Shown here piece after piece: positions 7,937-17,125 of a stretch of 35,259 bases of DNA. Position numbers and translations under genes: made by a program. Numbering within the stretch: the stretch's first letter is position 1; the number at the start of each line of letters is the position of its first letter. The notes under the pieces are model-generated. The model saw only the letters and a list, made by a program, of their open reading frames with translations. It was not told the origin of the DNA and made no database searches. The stretch comes from an uncultured Alphaproteobacteria bacterium (GTDB lineage Bacteria; Pseudomonadota; Alphaproteobacteria; Paracaedibacterales; CAIOTO01), in the NCBI GenBank assembly GCA_903861255.1, contig CAIOTO010000230.1:1-35259 (forward strand), in the 5' to 3' direction.

Positions 7937-9529
7937 TTACTTCCTACCCCAAGATTCAGGTGCTTGTGCGCCTTTTAACATTTTTTCAGCGCGGAACTGT
8001 ACTTCTGATTGCCCGAATTGTTCGATTGATGAATCAATTTTTTCAGCTTGGCGTAGCATTAATGTGCGCATATACTCATTACCTTGTTCCGCTGCTGACT
8101 GTGCTTTGCGAATGTAATAATCACGTGTTTGCGCATAAACACGTGTCAGATAAACGCGGCGATCTGCGTACACACGTTGCATAAAGCTATCTGTTGCAGC
8201 TGGTGCATCGGTTTTTTCAAATACAAACGTGTAATTGATCAGGTCACCATTCGGTTGCCAGATTTGCTGTTGATTGTAATGCATTCCGCCTCCAGCATAT
8301 CCTCCGGCCCCATCATATGTCATGCCGCCTGATTCAAACGTAGATGCTACATATGTGCACATACCCGATTGTGAATAGCCATCGTCATAGCTTGTATCAC
8401 GTTTCCAGAAAATACCGCCGCCTTTTGCTGTCATGGATTGCTTAACTAATTTTGCCTCACGTGATTCAATTTGAGTCACTTGCACGTTCCGTCCTGTTTG
8501 AGGATCCCACCTGTATTCATTAACATCACGTTCTGTAATTAATTCATTTGCACTTTTACCAAATCGTTGTGCATATGGGTTTACAATTTTTCGTATGGCA
8601 TTTGTAAAGAATTCTTCTGCACGATGATATCCCCAGCCATACATATGGTGATGGCGATATTCAGTAGGCGCTGACGGCTTAGCTACCTCCATCGCATAGA
8701 CTTTCCACCACTGACCCGCTTTCAGTTGAACCGTGCCCAACGGCTTTCTGTCACCCGTTGAAATATCCGTCACCATACCATTTTCAAATGCAGCAGCCGA
8801 GAAGAATGGGAATAGTTCTTTTGTTAACTTGCCTATGACTTTTTTATCTGGGCAAAGTGTTGTGCCTAATTCTTGTGCTTGGGCTTTTAGTTCGCGGCGC
8901 ATACCTGATTCGCGTATGTAATAATCACGTGCATTTGCTTTAGCAGCCATTCTATAGTTTTCTTCATTAGCAGGATCACGATCATACATATCTTCTGGAC
9001 GTATCGTTGATGCTGCTGTCATATTCCTCGATATTTGAGTTACAACAAATGATCCTGGAATTCGCACATACGTGTATAGCAGCATGTAAAGGGACTTTAA
9101 TGTCTGTGAGTCCGTTAATAATCCTTGATTTTTTGCATAGCGAAGAGCAGTCCCAATATTCTCAATTTCTGCTGGTTGTTGCCACCCGGCGCCTTGGGAT
9201 CTGATCAATGCCTTTAGTTCATCTTTCATGTTTTTGATTTCGTCGAGAACAGAATTAGGATCGATTTGAACCATTCGCACTACTTTTTGTTGTTCTTTTG
9301 TGTATGCATTTTCTGCAGGATTTATTCTTCCACCGACTCCACGTGATCCATTTTGTGCAATTTGCAAGAACACAGCTGTTTGGGCATCAACGTCTTGTAT
9401 GAACGTATTTTCAGATGCTGACGATGAAGATGCTTTGAGCACTCTGCCACCGCCAAATTCCATTGCATTAACATTTGAATTAAGGACCATCGCACTGCAC
9501 ACCATCAATGTAGCTTTAAATAATTTCAT
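7937..9529 (-). CDS. exported protein of unknown function, paralogue B
   Basis: ATG 9529 preceded by AAGGGA. Signal peptide MKLFKATLMVCSAMVLNSNVNA|ME. Blocks KELFPFFSAAAFENGM, QWWKVYAME, GIFWKRDTSYDDG and FMQRVYADRR are shared with paralogue A. Confidence 0.85.
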   Translation of the reverse strand: MKLFKATLMVCSAMVLNSNVNAMEFGGGRVLKASSSSASENTFIQDVDAQTAVFLQIAQNGSRGVGGRINPAENAYTKEQQKVVRMVQIDPNSVLDEIKNMKDELKALIRSQGAGWQQPAEIENIGTALRYAKNQGLLTDSQTLKSLYMLLYTYVRIPGSFVVTQISRNMTAASTIRPEDMYDRDPANEENYRMAAKANARDYYIRESGMRRELKAQAQELGTTLCPDKKVIGKLTKELFPFFSAAAFENGMVTDISTGDRKPLGTVQLKAGQWWKVYAMEVAKPSAPTEYRHHHMYGWGYHRAEEFFTNAIRKIVNPYAQRFGKSANELITERDVNEYRWDPQTGRNVQVTQIESREAKLVKQSMTAKGGGIFWKRDTSYDDGYSQSGMCTYVASTFESGGMTYDGAGGYAGGGMHYNQQQIWQPNGDLINYTFVFEKTDAPAATDSFMQRVYADRRVYLTRVYAQTRDYYIRKAQSAAEQGNEYMRTLMLRQAEKIDSSIEQFGQSEVQFRAEKMLKGAQAPESWGRK

Positions 9530-9581
9530 AATAATCCCTTTGAAAAAAATAATTTATTTAATATATATTTGCACAACTATA

Positions 9582-9597
9582 TTAATATTTAATTAAC
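9582..9597. promoter_or_regulatory. candidate CtrA-type box TTAA-N7-TTAAC
   Basis: Exact TTAATATTTAATTAAC in the divergent intergenic region between 9529(-) and 9683(+). The AT-rich context makes a chance match plausible. Confidence 0.2.
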
Positions 9598-9682
9598 GAC
9601 ATTTCGTCACTTAAAAGCCTTTTCATGGATTAGTTCGTGTGCCAGACTTATTAAAGATAATTTGTGAAAAATTAAATATATA

Positions 9683-11692
9683 ATGCGAAAAACAATGCTA
9701 AAACGCCCTTATGCTATAGTCCAACTTCTCCCTGAATCTATTCTACTGACAGCTAGCCTTGCCCTTTTTTGGTGTGTAATAGCAACGTTTCCACCTCTTC
9801 GCATCGGTATTTGGATGGATGCAGAAGGCGTGTTTATTATGATAAATGTACTATCAGCATTGTGTGCATTGTCATTGGGAGGATTATTTTTTCAGCAAGA
9901 GATTAAATTACCATCTGCAGTTACGATGTTGATTGCCTTCTTTGTGGCATTCTTAGTGTTTTCGGGGGTTATGACACTGTTCGCAACGAACATGCATCTG
10001 CACCTTTGGGGGTTACCACAAACGAATGAAGGACTTGCGTCTTACCTCAATTACTTCATCATGATTGTCAGCTTTTCGGTATTGCTGCAACGTGGTCACC
10101 ATGCAGCGCTGCTGGGAAATGCAGTTATTGCGGCAATTGTTATAACACTGCTAACGGTTCTCAATCATCCAAAGCATAAAATTCTGATTAATGAAGACTG
10201 GTGCCCCTATGTGTTCAGTGCGTTTTTGGCGTTTATCGGCATTGCTTTGCTTGGTTGCGTAACGAGTATCAAGCAACACTGGGCGAAATGGGGCATGGTC
10301 GCACTTGGTGTTGCGATCATTGCGATTTCGTACAATAAGACGGCGCAATATGCCTTGATCCCGTATGGTGGGGCGCTACTTGCTGCACATTTTCTTAAGT
10401 TTAAAATCACGCGACGCGTAGCAATCATTGCTCTATTATCTTTGCCATTTCTTATTATTGGGGTGGAACTTTTTGTGGCACACCCCACTAAATTTGTTAG
10501 TCTCGATTCACGTGTAAAACTATTGCATGTCGTGTTCAGGGAATTTCAAGATCACCCCTTGCGTTTATTCACAGGGTTTGGTTTTGGGCATTTCACGGAT
10601 ACATTGTTGGCGCACTTTACGCAGATCCCTGTGGCGCTTTATAAAAGCACAAGCCTAGTTCCTGATTGGGATAGTTTGGAACGTATTGATTTTCACTGCC
10701 ATCATCAAATGATTGAAAATTTGCTGGCATTGGGGATTGGTGGGGCATTATTCACGCTTTTGCTGCCGTTGCTGACTATTTATTTTGCGCGTGATGAGGA
10801 TGTTCCATTTGCGTTGTTTTATACAAGTTTGTGGGTAACGATTTCATCGACGTGGTTTACGTTGCCTATTCATTTGCCGTTTTTAGCGTTGGCCTTATGC
10901 TGTAGTGCGCATGCTGGTCGGGATGTTGCTACAAACGTCATCGCGAGGAGGTACACCTCCGTGGCGATCTATGTATTTCAAAAAATTAGATTGCCACGCT
11001 CCCTTGGAGCTCGCAATGACGAAAGCAATAGGAGGAGTGGAAATAGATATACATTAGTGCTACTTATTCTTTCCATCATCGTTTCTTATTACGCATATGA
11101 AGGCTTCCAAACAACACGAATCTACAGCAAACACACATACTCATGGGCCGCCAGTAAAATTAATCCCCCTGCAATATTGACGTCTGATTTAATTAAACGT
11201 CATGGCGCACTTCAGGGACTTCATGCCAGCAATTATATGCAAACTCTCTTTCAAAACGCGAAAGGTAATCCGCGCGACTTAGATACGCAGAGAGAACTTG
11301 TGCTCTTTAAATACCTTGCTTTAACGACAGAGCATCCACCCCTCAGCCTTCGTATTATCATGCTTGATATATTAGGGTTTGAGCGTGACGCAAGATGGCT
11401 TGATTATTTAAAAGAAACGATCAATACTGCACCCGCGCGATTTGATTTGGCTGCACCGTATTTGGCAACGTTGCTCAATACACGCAAATTGGCTGATGCT
11501 GAGCAATTTATTACCATGCTCGAAGGCATTAATGCGAAAGATCCCATTGTCCATTGGTTCAGAGGATTGCTGCTGATTGAGTCGGGTGGGGATTTAAAAA
11601 AAGCTCGCACTTTATTAAAAGACGGGCTTGATGCGGGTATTGAACGCTGGATTCCTGTGTCGCCGACGTTAAAGACAACGATTTTGGAGTGA
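9683..11692 (+). CDS. O-antigen ligase (Wzy_C/PglL-like) family membrane protein with C-terminal TPR-like domain
   Basis: Multi-TM N-terminal part. Family motif GFGFGHF...DFHCHHQMIENLLALGIGGALF (H-x-H...E..L..G..G). C-terminal soluble helical repeat region. Contains an in-frame palindromic element. Confidence 0.8.
   Translation: MRKTMLKRPYAIVQLLPESILLTASLALFWCVIATFPPLRIGIWMDAEGVFIMINVLSALCALSLGGLFFQQEIKLPSAVTMLIAFFVAFLVFSGVMTLFATNMHLHLWGLPQTNEGLASYLNYFIMIVSFSVLLQRGHHAALLGNAVIAAIVITLLTVLNHPKHKILINEDWCPYVFSAFLAFIGIALLGCVTSIKQHWAKWGMVALGVAIIAISYNKTAQYALIPYGGALLAAHFLKFKITRRVAIIALLSLPFLIIGVELFVAHPTKFVSLDSRVKLLHVVFREFQDHPLRLFTGFGFGHFTDTLLAHFTQIPVALYKSTSLVPDWDSLERIDFHCHHQMIENLLALGIGGALFTLLLPLLTIYFARDEDVPFALFYTSLWVTISSTWFTLPIHLPFLALALCCSAHAGRDVATNVIARRYTSVAIYVFQKIRLPRSLGARNDESNRRSGNRYTLVLLILSIIVSYYAYEGFQTTRIYSKHTYSWAASKINPPAILTSDLIKRHGALQGLHASNYMQTLFQNAKGNPRDLDTQRELVLFKYLALTTEHPPLSLRIIMLDILGFERDARWLDYLKETINTAPARFDLAAPYLATLLNTRKLADAEQFITMLEGINAKDPIVHWFRGLLLIESGGDLKKARTLLKDGLDAGIERWIPVSPTLKTTILE
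10937..11020. repeat. palindromic element, subfamily 2, inserted in frame in the CDS
   Basis: GTCATCGCGAGGAGGTACACCTCCGTGGCGATC ... GATTGCCACGCTCCCTTGGAGCTCGCAATGAC. It is 84 bp (28 codons), starts on a codon boundary and has no stop. Translates as VIARRYTSVAIYVFQKIRLPRSLGARND. Confidence 0.75.
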
Positions 11693-11708
11693 GTTGTTAT
11701 TAATTCTT

Positions 11709-11786
11709 GTCATCTATGCTCGGCGGGAATCTAGGAAATAAAAAAACGATTAAGCAGAACTGGATCCCCGCCTTCGCGAGGACGAC
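11709..11786. repeat. palindromic element, subfamily 1 (left arm degenerate)
   Basis: GTCATCTATGCTCGGCGGGAATCTAG ... CTGGATCCCCGCCTTCGCGAGGACGAC. Lies between the convergent stops at 11692(+) and 11809(-). Confidence 0.7.
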
Positions 11787-11808
11787 AAGTGAAGGAATTG
11801 CCTAAATC

Positions 11809-12837
11809 TTACCCAAATCGTTGATTTTGCTCGCAAATATAATTGTGTGCTTGTTCGATCAATTCATCAATGATCTCTTGCGTGGGCTGTTCTTTCGTTA
11901 CCATACCTACACTTTGTCCAGCCATAATTGAACCGTTCTCTATATCGCCATCCATCACCGCGCGACGCAATGCACCTGCCCAGAAATGTTCGATTTCAAG
12001 CTGACCATCTTTAAGTTCAACTTCACCGCGATCAAAACGTGCAATGATTTCAGCTTGGCATTCAGCAAAACGCTTACTGGCTTGATTCACAAGTGCGCGC
12101 ACGGGAATCACTGGGAAACGTGGGTCAAGTTGCACAGATGCGATGGCATCACGTGCATTACCACGAATAAAGGCTTTTTTGAAATTAGCATGCGCAGGTG
12201 ATTCGTTTGCGCACACAAAACGTGTACCCAATTGACAACCTGCAGCACCCATTTGAAGGTACGACACAATCGCTTCGCCGCGACCAATACCACCAGCAAC
12301 GAATACAGGTATATCACGAATATGTGGCAAGATTTCTTGCGCGAGAACACTTGTTGAAACAGGACCTATATGTCCGCCTGCCTCAGCACCCTCAATCACA
12401 ATAGCATCTACATTTGAGCGTTGTAGTTTTTTCGCAATGATCAACGCCGGTGCAAAACCAATCACTTTACAGCCATAGCTTTTAATACGCTCGATTGATT
12501 CATTTGTTGGCAAACCACCGGCTAAGACAACATGTCCAATTTTGTGCTTACCAACAACATCAATAAGATCATGCAACATGGGGTGCAACGTAATTAGATT
12601 CACACCAAACGGTTTATTTGTGAGTGTTTTCGTTTTTGTAATTTCTGCATCAAGAATATCAGGCGTCATGGCACCGCAGGCAACCACACCAAACCCACCA
12701 GCATTTGAAATTGACGCGACCAGATTTGCGTTTGAGACCCATGTCATAGCGCCTCCCAAAATAGCATGTTCGCATCCTAAAAAGTCACATCCCTTTTGCC
12801 ATAGTTTTTTTAGTGTTTTATCTGCGGTAATAGTCAT
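11809..12837 (-). CDS. nitronate monooxygenase / FabK-like FMN oxidoreductase (NPD family)
   Basis: 342 aa. Family blocks GGMTWVS..LVAAVSNAGGFG-like (GGAMTWVSNANLVASISNAGGFGV), PFGVNL, EGAEAGGHIG, AAGGIG.G. Starts 9 nt after the lysC stop, so probably an operon. Confidence 0.88.
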   Translation of the reverse strand: MTITADKTLKKLWQKGCDFLGCEHAILGGAMTWVSNANLVASISNAGGFGVVACGAMTPDILDAEITKTKTLTNKPFGVNLITLHPMLHDLIDVVGKHKIGHVVLAGGLPTNESIERIKSYGCKVIGFAPALIIAKKLQRSNVDAIVIEGAEAGGHIGPVSTSVLAQEILPHIRDIPVFVAGGIGRGEAIVSYLQMGAAGCQLGTRFVCANESPAHANFKKAFIRGNARDAIASVQLDPRFPVIPVRALVNQASKRFAECQAEIIARFDRGEVELKDGQLEIEHFWAGALRRAVMDGDIENGSIMAGQSVGMVTKEQPTQEIIDELIEQAHNYICEQNQRFG

Positions 12838-12846
12838 TTAATTCTC

Positions 12847-14076
12847 TCAATTCAGTGGTTCATTCACGTTGTTAACAATAAGCAAATCATGCAAAATACC
12901 TATCGCTTTTGTCATTTGATCATGCGCAATAACAAGGCTTAATTTAATGTCGGAGCGTGATGTCAAATATACATTAATTTGATGCGCACGCAATACGTTA
13001 AGCACACGCGGCTCAATTGTCAGATCATGCATTACGCCAACACCAATAATGGATATTTTAACGATATTGGGATCAATAGCAAGTGTATCAAAGCTTAATG
13101 TTGATTTTAGTTCGGTAAAAATTGATTTTGCGTGCTCAATGTCGGTTTTGTTAATGGTGAAATGCAATGTTTCTGGAAAGGGCTGCGTCTTCATATCTAT
13201 GGCAATATTTGCGGCAGCGAGTGTGTTAATCACGTGATCAAATTGCTCAGCTGTGCCCGTTAAACTGATGTAAACCTCATTCAAACTATGGGCGATTCCA
13301 TTTATTTTTTTTGTACTTTCTTCAGAAGTAATGCGGGTACCAGTCGCGGTGACAAAACTTGATCGCACATGAAGATCAACTTCGTGTTGCATACCAAGTT
13401 CAACACAACGTGCATGCAGGACTTTTGCGCCGTGGCTTGCAAGTACCAGCATTGCTGGATAACTAATCACATCAATTTTCTGTGCATTTGGCACAATGCG
13501 GGGGTCGGCAGTGTAAACACCTTCAACATCGGTATAGATGTAACATGAATCTGCATTCACGGCCGCAGCGAGCGCAACCGCTGTTATGTCAGACCCACCT
13601 CGACCCAGTGTTGTGATACGATTGCTTTGGGTAAGACCTTGAAAACCAGCAACAACTGGAATGATGCCATGCGCCAAACACGATTTTAAATGATCCGCCG
13701 ATATATTTAGAATTTTAGCGTCGCCATGATTAGCATCTGTTTCAATGGCAATTTGCCATGCCAAAAAGGATTGCGCACTAAATTCACATTTTTGGAGTGC
13801 CAGCGCCATAAGGCCTGCTGTGATTTGTTCGCCGCTTGTTGTGACAACATCATGTTCAGGGGTATATTCTGTACTGAGTGTATTTGCATAACCCACTAAC
13901 TGATTCGTCATACCAGCCATGGCGGATACAACAACGACTATTTCGTGTCCAGCATTGGCAAGCTCTACCACAATGCCAGCCGCACGCTGAATACGATCGA
14001 TGTTTCCAACCGAAGTCCCGCCAAATTTTACAACGTATCGTGCCACAAAAATATCATATTTCAGTAATGCAGCCAT
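12847..14076 (-). CDS. lysC: aspartate kinase
   Basis: VVKFGGTSVG N-terminal kinase motif, VVVVSAMAGMTN, TLGRGGSDITAVALAAA, and two C-terminal ACT-like regions. The exact start (ATG 14076 or GTG 14046) is uncertain. Confidence 0.92.
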   Translation of the reverse strand: MAALLKYDIFVARYVVKFGGTSVGNIDRIQRAAGIVVELANAGHEIVVVVSAMAGMTNQLVGYANTLSTEYTPEHDVVTTSGEQITAGLMALALQKCEFSAQSFLAWQIAIETDANHGDAKILNISADHLKSCLAHGIIPVVAGFQGLTQSNRITTLGRGGSDITAVALAAAVNADSCYIYTDVEGVYTADPRIVPNAQKIDVISYPAMLVLASHGAKVLHARCVELGMQHEVDLHVRSSFVTATGTRITSEESTKKINGIAHSLNEVYISLTGTAEQFDHVINTLAAANIAIDMKTQPFPETLHFTINKTDIEHAKSIFTELKSTLSFDTLAIDPNIVKISIIGVGVMHDLTIEPRVLNVLRAHQINVYLTSRSDIKLSLVIAHDQMTKAIGILHDLLIVNNVNEPLN

Positions 14077-14332
14077 TATGAATTAGGTTGCATGTAATTT
14101 CGAGAGAAAAAGTAATCAGGAGAACTCACTATTTATATAAAAACATCAGAAACACGCACCCAATCTTTATTTTTTCGTTGCGTATTTAAAAATATCTGTC
14201 ATCATTGAACTGTATTATGATTTCGTATAAGAGAAAACAATGAGCATAAAATTTAACACATGGCAGTGGCGTTCGGTTTAACCAACACACCATCCTTGTG
14301 CTCAAATTTTAAGTTTATTGAAAGTTCTCATC

Positions 14333-15331
14333 ATGAATGTTACACGTCAATTTTATAAATACCTTGCATTGCCTTTGCCCTTTATTTTAGTAGGCAGCAA
14401 TTTCTCCTCTGTTTACGCAAATGCAATCCCTTCTCAAAAAGCGTCTTCCACCCAAAAGCCCTATAAGATTGCCGAAAAAATAGACGGTATCCTAAATGAT
14501 TATCAATTGACCTTTGATATTGATCGTCGCTCTGTTGAGCAGGCGTTCCAACCGCCAAAAACTCAGCCCGCAATACCAACTGACGTCATTCGTAAAATCG
14601 TGTATTTTATCGAACACAATCTTCCCATTGATATCCGCATGGTTGGCTTTCCATTTAAGTCAATTAATCATAATCGCAAAGTTATTGCACAAAATGCAGA
14701 TTTGGCAGAGCGACTCAGTTTGCAGTATTTACAGCGCATGCTGGATAAGATACGAGCCGTTTATCCAAAGGGTGCAACGATCACAATTCTATGTGATGGC
14801 ATCGCGTTTGGTGACGTGCTTGGGGTTAGCAATGATCAAATTCATGCTTATGAGGATGCATTGCAAACGCTTTCTAAAGATCTCCCCGGGATACGCATTT
14901 TGGGATCGAAAGATTTAGGCTGCACCCCAGCAGATTTCAAGCAAGATGCAGCGAAAACAACCCCTACAGATAACGAATTAATGCTAAAGCGTATGGCGCT
15001 TGAATTGAATCAAAGTGCAGTCACAGATGACGTTATCACAAAAGCAAATCACATCAGCGCACGAAGCCAACACTTTGGTGCGTTTATTAAAGATAAATTT
15101 AAAGATCAAATATATATATCAGCTTCTGTTCATTTCCAACCGAGCACATCGAGTAAGCTCGGGCTCAAACTCTCCCCCGATTCATATATTACACCATGGC
15201 ATGGCACCCTTGTAAAAGAGGCCGACGGTCGATGGCGCATCAGTCATCGTGAAGATATTGATCAAACAAAATATGTGCAAACAGGCACATACGTGAATCA
15301 ATATTGGTGCGCCTTCTTTAAGGCCAGATAG
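14333..15331 (+). CDS. DIT1/PvcA-family isonitrile synthase homologue, copy 1, with signal-like N-terminus
   Basis: Blocks GFPFKSINHNRKV, ADLAERLSLQYLQRM, ITILCDGIAFGDVLGVSNDQIHAYE, SVHFQPSTSSKLGLKL, ITPWHGTLV. Start taken at ATG 14333 (MNVTRQFYKYLALPLPFILVGSNFSSVYA). Confidence 0.8.
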   Translation: MNVTRQFYKYLALPLPFILVGSNFSSVYANAIPSQKASSTQKPYKIAEKIDGILNDYQLTFDIDRRSVEQAFQPPKTQPAIPTDVIRKIVYFIEHNLPIDIRMVGFPFKSINHNRKVIAQNADLAERLSLQYLQRMLDKIRAVYPKGATITILCDGIAFGDVLGVSNDQIHAYEDALQTLSKDLPGIRILGSKDLGCTPADFKQDAAKTTPTDNELMLKRMALELNQSAVTDDVITKANHISARSQHFGAFIKDKFKDQIYISASVHFQPSTSSKLGLKLSPDSYITPWHGTLVKEADGRWRISHREDIDQTKYVQTGTYVNQYWCAFFKAR

Positions 15332-15468
15332 CCACTTCACTTTCCCATTTTATCCATACCTATTTCACTTAATCCATAACGATTGAGCGAAATCCGTATA
15401 ACTCTTCATTCGTTTTTGAAGAGAACACCATCACTTTGTCAATTTCATATTTTAAAAGGAATATTTTT

Positions 15469-16500
15469 ATGAAAATTAAATTAAACTACACTAACAAGTC
15501 ATTTGCAATTGCTTTGCTTATGACAACGCATATGGCAACTACACCTGTTTTTTGCATGGACGTTTTGCCAACATCAGAAACAATTCAAACAACGGCGACT
15601 CAGTCTATTGTAATGCCAGAGTGCATTCAAGACTCACGCATTGCATTTGATAATCTATCCTTGTCGGATAAAACAATTATTGCGAAGCATATTGAGTGCC
15701 TACCGCAACTAAAAGTAAGTGGCAACACTATAAAATCTTTAAGTGAATTCCTAAGAAATTGCATTAAAAACAAACCTCAAATGCCTTTTGAGGATTTAGT
15801 ACAGCAAGCAATATCAACGGGAATACCACTGCAATGCATTATGCTGGGCTTTCCAGTCAAATCACAAAATGTGGATGAAGTCTACGATGAACGAGCTGGG
15901 TTGGGTGATCTGCTTAGCTTGATTACGCTGCGCCATGTTGCATTTGAAATTGGCAAAGTATATGGACCAGGAGCTAAATTTCGAATCGTAAGTGATTATG
16001 CTGCTTTGAAAGACATTGTATCACCAGAATCCGCAGGTATTTACCAGGCAGGCATTCAACATTTAGTTGATTTATTTCCAGGCACACTTGAATACGATAG
16101 AGATTTTCATGATGCAGATTTTACATATACCGTTTCGGATGTCACATTAAAAGATAAGCGCTATTCGCTAGCTGGCAAGGCAAATGCTGAAAGAATTATG
16201 GTTGCCAAAGCAAAATCAGAGGGATTTAGCGCTTATATAACCGATAGTCTAAAAGATACACCCCACCTTCGATTTTCAGTGCATCACTATAAAAATGGAG
16301 AATCCAACAAACTTACATTGCCGTTTATGGGTAAAAAACTAGGCACACCATGCCATCATGTGTGTCTAGTTGATGCGGAATCTAAAAGCATACTTACCAA
16401 ATACAAAACGCAAGAAGGTCGTGCTGTTGGAGAAATGAAGGTAATGGAACTGCCAACTATAGATGGGCATATAATTCCGTTAACCTACTTTAAAGTTTAA
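15469..16500 (+). CDS. DIT1/PvcA-family isonitrile synthase homologue, copy 2 (diverged), with signal-like N-terminus
   Basis: Blocks GFPVKSQNVDEV, GLGDLLSLITLRHV, FRIVSDYAALKDIVSPES, RFSVHHY, GTPCHHVCLV are collinear with copy 1. ATG 15469 preceded by AAAAGGA. Confidence 0.75.
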   Translation: MKIKLNYTNKSFAIALLMTTHMATTPVFCMDVLPTSETIQTTATQSIVMPECIQDSRIAFDNLSLSDKTIIAKHIECLPQLKVSGNTIKSLSEFLRNCIKNKPQMPFEDLVQQAISTGIPLQCIMLGFPVKSQNVDEVYDERAGLGDLLSLITLRHVAFEIGKVYGPGAKFRIVSDYAALKDIVSPESAGIYQAGIQHLVDLFPGTLEYDRDFHDADFTYTVSDVTLKDKRYSLAGKANAERIMVAKAKSEGFSAYITDSLKDTPHLRFSVHHYKNGESNKLTLPFMGKKLGTPCHHVCLVDAESKSILTKYKTQEGRAVGEMKVMELPTIDGHIIPLTYFKV

Positions 16501-16995
16501 AGGGACGGTATCACAAAGCCACTCTTTCCACCCCTTTAACTTTGTTAAATCCTGATCAATGGTGGCCATGGTGTCACTTTGGTCAGGTGTTTCATCCTTG
16601 AGCCAAACGCGAAGCCAATGATTGAAATAAATCGTATAGGTATGCAAACGTGCTTTGCTCGTCAGATCATCAGGCGCCAACTCCAACTGACAAAACATAC
16701 GCGTCAAAAATCCACGTGCCATGGGGATTAAATCATTTAGCAGGCATGGGGATAATAACATGTCAGGACAAAGTCGATTAAGCGCATGTTTGTCAGGCAC
16801 AAGTGCATCAAAAACAACCAGCGTTGCCTCTAACAGACGGTCATGAATTGGCAGCGTCGCCTCAATCGCCTCAATCTGCGGCGCTGTGAGAGCCTCAATG
16901 TAATAGACATAAGCCGTTAGTATTTCAGCAGATGCATCGCCAAGACCATCTAGCCCCATTGATTCAATTTCATTATGATCAAGTGGATTTTTCAT
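16480..16995 (-). CDS. hypothetical protein (start uncertain: 16995 or 17097)
   Basis: Long ORF whose upstream third is antisense to gapR and was trimmed. No domain recognised. Its 3' end overlaps the convergent 15469-16500 CDS by 21 nt. Confidence 0.45.
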   Translation of the reverse strand: MKNPLDHNEIESMGLDGLGDASAEILTAYVYYIEALTAPQIEAIEATLPIHDRLLEATLVVFDALVPDKHALNRLCPDMLLSPCLLNDLIPMARGFLTRMFCQLELAPDDLTSKARLHTYTIYFNHWLRVWLKDETPDQSDTMATIDQDLTKLKGWKEWLCDTVPLNFKVG

Positions 16996-17125
16996 AAAAA
17001 TTACACAATGTATAAAAGGCTCTTCTTTTTGGATAGCCTTTATTAGCATTAAGTGCAAATCATATTTGCATTTTTTGCTAAAGATTTGTATCGTCATGGC
17101 ATAGAAACAAAAAAGAGAAAGACTT

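Noticed and set aside
15402-15423. Terminator or attenuator hairpin between the two PvcA-like genes (CTCTTCA-TTCGTTT-TGAAGAG)
   Set aside because: It is a 7-bp AT-rich stem with the T-run inside the loop rather than after the stem. Stability is too low to call a terminator without experimental 3'-end data.
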